Positions 53,279 through 64,000 of a stretch of 64,000 nt of DNA are shown one piece after another. Position 1 is the stretch's first letter; the number at the start of each line of letters is the position of its first letter. The stretch is taken from the NCBI RefSeq assembly GCF_947568905.1, contig NC_079167.1:75764001-75828000 (forward strand). The letters run 5' to 3'. Source of the DNA: Ostrea edulis (Eukaryota). A model generated the notes under the pieces. The model was not told the origin of the DNA. It made no database searches and saw only the letters and a list, made by a program, of their open reading frames with translations. Position numbers and translations under genes: made by a program.

Positions 53279-55109
53279 GAGTAAATTTTGGGAGGGCAAG
53301 AGCTGCAACGATTGAAGCCTTCACGCCAGTGTACTTTTCATCAATCGCGAACGCGCTTCATTAACTATGCTGGCGTAAAGCCACCACCTCTTGATCCACC
53401 TCTCTTCAGCCACTATCTCTTGATCCACCACCTCTTCAGCCACCAAAATTGAGCAAGAAATCTACTCACTTTTAACAAAATCACCCATGTATTGGACCTA
53501 ATTGATCTGTGGAAAATCACTCATTGTTTTGGACCAAAAATGTAAAAATGTTATATTCAGTGAGTAATTTAATCTTTAATGGAGACATACACGTGTCATC
53601 CAGTGAACACTTTAACTGAAAGTTCATATTAAGTTATTTCAATGGATTTTTTCCCCTGGTAGAAAGAAAATCTTGAGTACTACTATAAATCCATACCCAT
53701 TGTAAATGGCCTCGTTCTGGACCAGTGTACCCATTGTAAACGGTCTCGTTCTAGACCAGTGTCGATGACCAATACGCTTTAATGGAAAAGTGATGTCGGT
53801 TGATCGATCTATACGAATGACCAGCTTAATATTTAATGTCAATGGCCCCATTCCTAGGGCTAGTAATCTCATTCCATGTTGAGGTTAATGACCGCTAATC
53901 GCCATACCCCTGGAGGACAATATAGAGGAGGACACAGAACGTATAACTATACTCCTCAGCAGGCATTAACAAAACTATACATAAAATGTCACAAAAATAA
54001 TCCTACATTAATTACTCGCGTTGGATTGGGAAATTCCACCTCTGGAATAAGATTCACTGACAAAGGCTCGTCCTACACTCCGAATCTTGTCCCCTCGGTG
54101 GAATGTCTCTATCCCACACTCGTACTAATGATGGTACATAATCTCACACGAGTAATGCCGGTCTGGTGATTGTGTGAGAAATAGGGAATTCATAACCATA
54201 TTGTTTTCTCTCGCCATTAATGTGTCAATTTCAGTCATTGGAATGATGACCAGTTAATTTCGTTGAAATGGTACATGTAACAGTGATATGGGGCCCACTT
54301 AAAGCTCCAATGTGGTGATTGACCTGTCAGATTTACCTGTGAGGGTGATGATTCTTGTATGCCAAAGCTTGGTACATCTGTACTAAGCTTCAAAATTCGT
54401 GCACGTACGTAAAATGCACTATTGTATGATGCATGCATTATGCTATCTTTTGTTTGCATCTAGATCTACATGTGACATATTCTTGTTTACTTTCTTATGT
54501 CAAAGGTTTCATGCAACACGGCTTTTGTGTCGGAGTAGAAATACAAGTTAAAAGAAGACTTGGCATTAATTAAATAACATTTATTCACATATATATGGAA
54601 AATGAAAAAGTTTCTGAAAAATAATAATTCGTAAAACTTTGAATATACAAAATCAATAATAAAACATGAAAACCCTACAAACTTCTGTGATAAAACATGC
54701 ACGGAGTACAGCTAAATAGATGATAAAAGTTTATACATTTCCACAACGCATTTCAGAGGTTGACATCAAGTCTTTGGTATATAACAACCTGAATAAAAGA
54801 ATGTAGCGGATTCTAAAACATACCGATTGCACGGACATGTTACCATGAAATTCGCCTATGTATATCGAGTATTGAAGCAGCTTACTGGTCTTCAATCACG
54901 ACTCCCTGAAAATCTTTGGTCTCATTACAGGTGTTAGTTAAGATAAACATTTCATCCCCTCTTTTAAAAAGTCTTTTATAAATCAGCTTTATATATATAA
55001 TACCCCTCAAAATTGTCTGTCTTTCATATAACAAACTATCAATCAAACCTTTGTTTAATAAAGCGGTCGTTCATTCTTCATGATCTTTAATGAAGTGCTC
55101 GTTCATTCC

Positions 55110-58100
55110 TCATGGCTTTTTAGACTCTGAATTTTGTCTGAACACATTTTTCAGCGTTAAATTAAACGTTGGCGATGCCGAGTTCTGCCTTGAAAGACTT
55201 TTGGGTGTCTGTGCCGGTTTCGTTGGCAATTTATATGTATTAAGGAAGAATTTGTCCCTAGTCTCATCCGACAAAATGCCCAGTATGGTGGCCCTCATGT
55301 CCGAAATCCAATATGGTACATATCGATGTTTGGGATAAGCAGATGTAACAGCCTCTTCCATCTGTTTGACAACCTCCCCCACATTGCTGCGCGCGCGCTT
55401 CATGTGCAGGGAGATGCTCTTACAAAAAGCGTCGAAATATTCTTCTCCGTACACCTCCTTGACCTCAGATGGAGTTTCCGCCCACGACTTCCGGTTAGCA
55501 TTTATGAGGTAATCCGATTCAACAATTGGAGTCCTAGATAAAGATATATGATTTTGTTACTAATGGTTGGATTACAAATGGAGTGAGAAGCTTAAGGCAT
55601 GTGAAATTTACAGATTAGTAACATTTTAAGAGCTGAAGTTGAACTTTTGAGCAAAAAAGAAGCCAGTGAACCACTTTCGACGTGTTCACTTTGCCTAGTC
55701 ACATGGAGAGAACTTTTGAATAAAAAAAAAATAGAAAGCAGGATTTAAAATATTGGAGATATTTCTTAATTGAATAATATCCATGTACTTTTTATTAGAA
55801 AATGGTACTTAACCTGTACAATCCGGGTTCTATAGTGATGACCTTGACACCGAACTTCGCCATTTCCTGTCTCAATCCGTCGGAGAATGCAATGCATGCT
55901 TTCTTCGACATTGAATATGCTGCAAAAGCGGGTACGGTGAAACGACCTGCAAAACGTGAATAAAAACAGCTTGATTCTTTGAATTTAAACAATGTTGTTG
56001 TACATGGGAACTGATGACCCGGCCAATGCTGTAGATAGTCGTTTGTTGAGCGATTTCATTCTCAACTGGAGGGTGCACGTGGCATCGATTTTTAATCTTT
56101 AGAGTAAAAATTAATATAAAAAACCCAAACTATAATTTAGATCATTTTAACGACTAAGACTGTAAATGTAAGGAGTCGAATCATAGTCCTCTGTATTTTT
56201 TGTCTGATACAATATGATAAAAAAGTAATTGATAAGGAAAAATAAAAATAAAAAAAAGCACGTGAACATTGATGTGGTATTAAAAATTAAGTCTGAAGTT
56301 AAGATGGACCATATGAGTTTAATAAGATAACAGGTTTCTATCCCTTACCGGCCAAACTAGCCACGTTAATCACACGGCCATCGCCTTCGCGCAGAAGCGG
56401 CAAAAACGCTTTGGTAACCCTGACAACACCAATGACGTTGACATCCATTATTTGTTGGAACTGCGTGACGGAGCACCATTCGATCTCTTGAAACGTTGCG
56501 ATTCCAGCATTGTTAACCAATGCCCAAAATGCTGCAAAGAAAAACAAATGGCAAATTAAATAAACTGCTTTACCGGAATATAAAACATGAGTGAAAAATA
56601 AAAATTCTCGACGGGACACAAAACAAACAATTCCAAAACGTATTCATCTCGGTAAAATGATTATTCCAAATCCTTATTCAAACAAATTTTCTCTTAATCG
56701 CATGCCAGGAAAAAGGATGGTTTTGAAATTGCTTCATTTTTAATAAAAATTCTATTAGTCCATCATATTGATTTTCTTGTGTTTCTGTGCCAAAGCAAAT
56801 AATAAACCCGAGCTCACAAGCGTTGATGACTGGCAAATATTTGAAGACTGATGATTTAATGACTGGTATATATCTAACGAAATGGAGCAAAGTGGAAAAT
56901 TGGCAGTAAATGAAACAAATTCTTTCTACCGTGTTTTGAAAAATGTTTACTAATTAACTATATCTGCATCACCTTCCAAAGTACATGCTTAGATAACTGA
57001 GGCAACGGTGCACAGTTCTGCTCTCTGTTTTCTTCATTTTGCGAATACATTGCAAAAAAACCATCTGTTTCAAGCGAAGTGTTTTCCCCCCAACAAAATA
57101 CATCTTGCTCTTATTTACATCTCGACGCCTATATGTTCTGAGCATAAATCGAGATCATGCAAACATTTTTTTCCCTTCTACGCCGTGAAAAATGATAATT
57201 TGTTAACTTTGGGAACTGTGACCTGTATCCATTGTATAAATACACCAATCATTTACCTTTCTGTTGAAGATTGATATATGAATAATTCATTAACATATTT
57301 TTCTCCACACTTCATACAAATTGTGCCCATGTATGTATGTATACATAGTTCATGACAGTGAATAAAATTAATATGAAATCAAAGTCAACCCCAGTTACAA
57401 ATGTACAATTTCCTTATAACGTGTGTGTGTGTAAGTATATACATGAACAGCAGTTTTATACGATAGGGACTTTGTGGTAAACAGTTCAACGGTTTACAAA
57501 GAAATTGAGAAATTTGATTAAATTGATAACTGGTATCCAATTTCTCGCTTTTAAAATTACATAATTAAGCGAAGAAAGTACGTATAGGTTTGGTTAATGT
57601 AGCAGAAAAATAAAAAGGCAGTTGAAGAAATTAATGGAATTTAAATGTTCACTTTAAGATCACGGACGTCTTCGCACTGTTTACATACGGGATTTAGTTT
57701 GTTGCCTCACCTTTTCCGTTTAGATTTTCTTTGACAGATTGCACAGCTTTGCGGACCTGCCAGTCGTCTGTAACGTCCAGCTGCACCACGTGAAGATTCG
57801 TGGAATTTTCCTTCAAACTCCGTGCACCTTCTCGATCCGAAAACAAGCAGCCGGCAAAAACGGTGAATCCTTGTTTGTCCAAGTTTAGAGCCAGACTGTG
57901 ACCAAACCCGCTGTCACAACCTTAAATTTGAAGACGGGTCAAATTCTACTGATAACAAAAACTTTATTTACATTGCATGTAATTAGATATTTCATTCATG
58001 GACCTAGAGGCAAATTGTTCATATCATACAGGTTTGTTTTGTCTCGGACTAAAATGATGCTGCGGCATTGAATGGAAGGTGAAGGTAACGAACAGTGATC

Positions 58101-60325
58101 GATCTCATAACTCCATTAAGTAAAACAAAATAGAAAGTTGAGCAAACACGGACCCCTGGACACACCAGAGGTGGGGTCAGGGGCCTAGGAGGAACACCCA
58201 TTCAATTTATGAAATGCTGACTTTAAACTAGACTGTTGCAACCCCTGTAACATCAATTTGCTTGTCAGTGGTCTGCCTTGATTTTTAAACTGATCATACG
58301 TAGAACAAGCTCTTGTGTATCGAATTAGTTGAGAGATGTAAACACCATATACATGTGGTAATGGAATATTGCTATATAAATATGGGAAGTTGACGATGGA
58401 GAAGCTGAAATAATCCAGTTTGTTATAAAATTGAGTTGTTAGTTTGCCGTTAATATTTATTTTTAATAAAATATCTAAGTACGAAGAAAATGTGGAGGAC
58501 TCTGTGGTGACTTATTTCGAGTTTACAGGGATATATCGAATTGACATATAAAACACATCACGAGATTGCCGTCTAAATTTCTTTAAAAATTGTGTATTTA
58601 ATTGTATATCTTTCTTATACATATTTACATTTAAGACATTGATCTTCGAGAAAACAAAATATTTAATAGGTTTGATACTGATGTCTACAAAAATTTGCCG
58701 GGTTTCAAAGTTCATAGAAGGCGCCTTCTATGGATTTGATTACCTGACAAATCTGTAGACAGTCAGTAACAAGCCTAATTACATGTAGTAATATTATACA
58801 TGAACTTGTTGATCAGTTTGATTTGCTCGATGATTTATGGTCCCTCGAAGATCCATTTGGCGATTACTTCTAGTATGACCTTGACCTGTCGTGAAGGTGA
58901 GAGTTTTGACACTCACCCAAATTAAGATACTTAGCTCCTATGGTTGTGAACACATTAATAGGTTAAGGTAGACAGACATACAGACTGAAAACAATATACT
59001 ATATAGTAGTCAAAACGAGACACGCTAAGGCCTGGTTTTATTTGAAAAGCTTAATATTCTCTTTGATCCAACTCTCTTACACACGTTATTACACACATAG
59101 TAAAATTACCGCACATAACAAATCTTATTATTCCAGTCCTAATGTCATTGAAGTACATAATATCATTAGTAACTTGGGCTGACATCACGACACACCTTAT
59201 TTTTTTGTTAAATCTTGTGACACAATGGTAACATACCTATGTAAATGCATTAATCAGAACATATCTAGCCATGGGCAAGTGTTGTTGATAAATCACTTCT
59301 TATAAGGAGGAGAAAAACAAATGCTATCCTGAACGATAGCCATTGAAGAATAAGAAATAGGGCAGATGCAGCGTCTCCATCATGAGTTGCAAGAATCATC
59401 GCGAGATGTGTTGCATGAAAATGTTTAGTTTAAATTTTACTTGCTATCAAGTGAGAACTTTTCTAAACACTGCCCTCCGCCAAAGTCGGTGAAGGACAAA
59501 ATGTAGGTCAGATGCAGCACCTAGACCATGAGTTGGAAGAAACACATCTAAATGTGTCATGTGAACAAATTTGCTTTGAATTGCACCTGTGGTAAGCCGA
59601 GAAGAGATTTGAATGCAGTCCTTAATTTGGAGTCTACATGTACAAGCATACAGACGGAAGGACGGACACCGTATAAAAGTTTCTGTACGTTTATTTCGGG
59701 TTTGAAACAGCAGTGCTCCGCAACTTGATAATGTCGTCTAAACTACGTGGCTGACTTTTGCTAAGGTTTGAAATACTTAAAATGGTTTGAATAACGAATT
59801 TTACGGGAGATTAAACGCAGAGGTTTAGGTTAAAGCGAATTTTCCTGTCCAAGCAACAAGGAAGCGGAGGACTTGGCACGGGTTCTACTTAGTGTTTTTA
59901 AATATAATTTATTCTGGAGACGAATTAAGGTATTTCGGGCCCTCCCTGAAAATTATGGGATACCTTTATAAACTTGACATCACATGGAAAATAAACAGTA
60001 ATAAATTTTCTCAAACCTCAAGTACACCTGTGTGAAAATTCACGACATGATAAAAAAAGATTTAGTCGATCATAAATTGACGAGTTTTAATGTTTACTCA
60101 ATAGGAATATTTACCTGTAATCAAGACGGCCTTATCATGTGGTGAGACGGTACCCGAGTACGAAGGTAACAAAATCAAAGCCAACCCCAAACAAAATGCA
60201 CAGAACAAACTCCCAATGGTTAAGTTTTCCTGTAGAAACACGAGTAGTGGAAAACACGTCTGGGCGACGAAAACAAATAATACTGAAACAATTATATAAT
60301 ATCCAATCTTTCGTATGGTCGACAT
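55110..60325 (-). CDS. Short-chain dehydrogenase/reductase, SDR9C-type (retinol dehydrogenase / 17-beta-HSD6 / BDH1-like), 386 aa; exons 60115-60325, 57711-57920, 56349-56531, 55814-55946, 55110-55533
   Basis: N-terminal hydrophobic segments, TGCDSGFG cofactor motif split by intron 1, WALVNNAG, catalytic YSMSK, VKVITIEPG. GT-AG junctions in phase (1161 nt). Confidence 0.92.
58075..58450 (-). mobile_element. Penelope-like remnant in SDR intron 1
   Basis: Homologous to 49900-50760 (atgggaagttgacgatggagaagctgaaat). Confidence 0.55.
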
Positions 60326-61039
60326 TTTCGTAGGACAGTCTGAACGAACCTGCTGGAGTTTCCCAACGTTGCAAGCATTGATCCTCAGATTCGCTATTTG
60401 GGTCAAATTCGTTGTGTTTATGTATATATACGCATTTCTTTGCCTAGATCCACACGGATCCCAGAAAACACTGTGTCCTATAAAACACCTTTACGGTTTC
60501 ACAACAGTACTAACCCACTTTAAACAAGTGTGAGATACGGTTTTATCAGATTAAACCCAGTGGGACTTCCTTTTCTCGGGAATTTAACTCCCAGGGTTTT
60601 CATTCAGACACTAATATGACTTGCAAGCCAGTGGTCACAGAAAAGATCGTACGCACGTAATACAATCTCGCACCCAAATAAGATATTAATCGCTTGAGTG
60701 GAAGGAAACACAAACACAGGCCACGGTAGTAGACCAACTTTTTTTTTTAAATGCAAAGTATCGCAACTACTGTTTTCTTCTCATGACACAAGGAGCGAGA
60801 TCTTATTATCCACATGTAATTCGTTATTCTAAAGTTTTGTATTGAATGGAAATCTCTAAAACTGTAGCTTCAAGCGATATTACTATACGCGGTGCCGATT
60901 TTTTTTTAAAGTAATGATTCTGATTACAACCATTGTGTCAGTCAGATCGATCGAGATTCTAACGAGCAAGCAATTTGTTGAGATATATTATATATGTATA
61001 TAATTCATACAAAAAGACAAAACGGCAAACAGTAAATGC

Positions 61040-61760
61040 ACGCAGCCGGATAGATTTTATACAAAAAATGGACAAACAATACACGCAGTCTAACAGATTT
61101 TATACAAATGGACAAACAATACACGCAGTCTAACAGATTTTATACAAATGGACAAACAATACACGCAGTCTAACAGATTTTATACAAATGGACAAACATT
61201 TACACGCAGTCAGGGCCATAAATTAACCTTCAATTTGGAGGAGGCAGGAAATTAGGCGGGGGTCTGGGGGCCGCCCAGGCCCCCAGACGCTGAGCACATT
61301 TTGTGCACACTGAACACGTTTCGTGCAAAATCCTTGATTCTAGGGCCTTCTAAGATGTTACTTGACTAACTCATTCTAAAAGAAAGATTTGGAATGCTTT
61401 TTAAGGGAGGTATCATGTTCTTAGTTATTGGAAACAACATAAATTCTAATGAACTTTAAATTTTAATTTTTTTTGGCTCAAAAGTTGGAGGAGGCAGCTG
61501 CCTCCTCCGCCTCCATGTAATTTACGGCCCTGGCAATCTAACAGATTTTATACAAATGGACAAACAATACACGCAGTCTAACAGATTTTATACAAAAAAT
61601 GGACAAACAATACACGCAGTCTAACAGATTTTATACAAATGGACAAACAATACACGCAGTCTAACAGATTTTATACAAATGGACAAACAATACACGCAGT
61701 CTAACAGATTTTATACAAATGGACAAACAATACACGCAGTCTAACAGATTTTATACAGAC
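61040..61760. repeat. 40-bp tandem repeat interrupted by a MITE
   Basis: aatggacaaacaatacacgcagtctaacagattttataca on both sides of 61211-61532. Confidence 0.9.
61211..61532. mobile_element. MITE, TIR cagggcc(a/g)taaatta, 5-bp TSD (gcagt/gcaat)
   Basis: gcagt|cagggccataaatta ... taatttacggccctg|gcaat. Same TIR type as 48793-49072. Confidence 0.8.
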
Positions 61761-63853
61761 AAACGAGTGATTCACACAGTCGGACATTTTTTTTTTTTTT
61801 AACATTTGTTTGTATAATGTTTGACGACCCATTTGAGAGATTTTTTCACACACATAGCCATTGACGTGAAGTACCCGTGTATGCCGCTCAAGGCCGTATA
61901 GTACCAGTGAGGGTTCTTTATCGTGCCAACGCCTTCCGTGACACAGGACCTCGGTTTTCAAGGTTACTCGAAAGACCCGTGACTTCGTTGCCGGGAAATA
62001 CCAGTGACGACGGGCGCTTGGCGAAAGCACAGAACTGGATCTATGATAAACGTCATTTAAGTTTGACTAGGCATTGAGTTCGGGAACTTCCGGTTGCATA
62101 TTGCTAAATATTAACACTCGTAAAATGCTAGGTTAGTGAGTTCAAATCTCCGTTCGATTGCAACACGTTTAGCCCCGAGTACGAAAAAAAGTCCTGAGCT
62201 ACTGGGATCGGTGATCAGATTTTATATATGGGCACGAAATTGGAATTGTTGCACCTGGTGCAGAAAACAAAAAAGTTGCAAATTGTTAAGTTCGTTTCTG
62301 GCTTGGATAATTTTAGAATTGATTCTGTAAGAGAACACGACAATAGCAAATGGCGTTAACTTTTTGCCCCAAAGTAAAAACCACAAGTGACCGCCTCAGA
62401 TGTTCAGAATGCATGAGCATTAGTTGATAACCCTTGTTTTTACCTTTATTAGGATGAGGGTGATGATGGAAAAGTACAAGAATCCCAATGGGAGGGTATG
62501 GCAGAATTAGAAGTTGAAAGAGAGCTTGCACTCTTGTCTTAAATTTGTATCTTATAGTACCCAATAAAAATGTTTAAACTTGAAATTTCGAATCATATTG
62601 AATCATTCTTGCACAGCATTTGGGCTAGTAAAATCTTATTTGGGCTACCAAATTATGTATTCTGTCTCCCTTGCCCTATAAGTATAAGAAACATTAAGCG
62701 CAAAGACTGAATTTTGCGCCTTAGAAAGTTTGGTCCGGCAAAATTACTTTTGGTCTGGTAAAGCTAGATTGCTTACCAGACACAATGTCCTGTATTGTTT
62801 AATTCCACTCTTCAAATATAACTAAAAGGGTATTCATTTAATGATAGACGAATTCTAATTCATACGAGATGGGCTTAAGAGCAAATTATGCTATTGGGTT
62901 ATAACATTACTTCGTGCAGATTACGCTTTTTATAAACTGCGTCATTCCTAATCAACACTCGCTGCATGCAGATATGAATTTCGAATGTTGTACGGAATGC
63001 AAAAGTTGTACATACTCACCCCATGGTTTGAATGTGGATCTCTTGATTTATCTGGTTTCATTGGAGCAGTCGATTTAATATCCCTACCAAAGGGAGTTAA
63101 GTTACAAAGCGAACAACACACAGAAGTGTGGAATACATGATATCGACCAGAAGGATAATACCGAACAAAGTTTTATTTTCGCTGTCGTATAATTTTCGCT
63201 CCCCGTTTTCTCTGAAGGCCGAAACAATGAAAATAGAAATGCAATGGATGTAATATATAGCATTTATACTGAATCAAACTAAAACGTGAATTTAGCATAA
63301 ACCATGATAGACTGGAGTTATTTAAATAACTGTAAACAGGTCACTCACTCATTTGCCTTTAGGGCAAGTGCGGTGTATACGAAATTGCTAGGGCGAAGAT
63401 ACAGAAGTGAGAGAACGACGAAGTGAAGTTGCAAGCGCGAAAACGCGAAACTACATTGTAACATCGCTTATTCTCTTCACAATTTCGCCCCCTTGCCTTA
63501 TCGCTCCTTCACATTCTCGTTACTACGATTCCTCGTGTACGGAAGTTCAATATACGCACACAGAAGATGAATGACTAAGGTACATATATGTACGAGATGA
63601 CAAGGTTGAAATTGACCATACCAGCTGATAACACACTGTGTGGCTTTTGATAAAAACTTTACATCATATCTCACGTGGGTTAGCCCCTCCCCCTTTAAAG
63701 CACAAAATAACTGTATCGAAGAATAATGCACGTCTTGCAAGCTCTGATCCTATGATGAGGTAGTGTACAGTTATACCACATGTTATAGCCATTATTCCGT
63801 ATAGTAAACTGTGTTACTAATAATGTTAATCGTTCCTTCTCTCTTAGATCAAT

Positions 63854-63919
63854 CGGAACATCACTCGGCCTATTCCGGAGAATAAATTTATTCTCCGGAA
63901 TAGGCCGAGTGATGTTCCG
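63854..63919. repeat. Perfect 66-bp palindrome with no spacer
   Basis: cggaacatcactcggcctattccggagaataaa|tttattctccggaataggccgagtgatgttccg. Confidence 0.95.
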
Positions 63920-64000
63920 CTTAGATAACTATATCCCATTCTCTACCCAGAGTTCCGTGCGCTCCTCGCTTGCGTAACGCGCCCTCTGGTGAGAGAATGA

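Noticed and set aside
60326-60406. Longer N-terminus for the SDR from the ORF track
   Set aside because: That ORF starts at TTG. The first in-frame ATG is at 60325.

Overview
Eukaryotic, AT-rich, intron-containing DNA, most likely from an oyster (Ostreidae). This is inferred from Cg170-like satellite-bearing Helentron-type elements and oyster-type SINEs. Five spliced genes were reconstructed by hand with GT-AG junctions in consistent phase: two tandem N-myristoylated neuronal calcium sensor paralogues (+), POFUT1 (-, 7 coding exons, 359 aa), a GH31 lysosomal alpha-glucosidase GAA (+, 19 coding exons, 952 aa) head-to-head with POFUT1, and an SDR9C-type short-chain dehydrogenase (-, 5 exons, 386 aa). 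The rest is introns, SINEs, MITEs, retroelement remnants, minisatellites and one 350-N gap. The main observation is that many intronic tandem arrays in POFUT1 and GAA are amplified copies of the gene's own splice junctions. At least 8 of about 48 coding junctions are duplicated or arrayed (2 to about 50 copies), always expanding into the intron and leaving the exon-proximal site intact. All lie in a CpG-depleted domain; the CpG-rich NCS and SDR genes have none. The long repetitive ORFs in the ORF track are read-throughs of these arrays, not genes.
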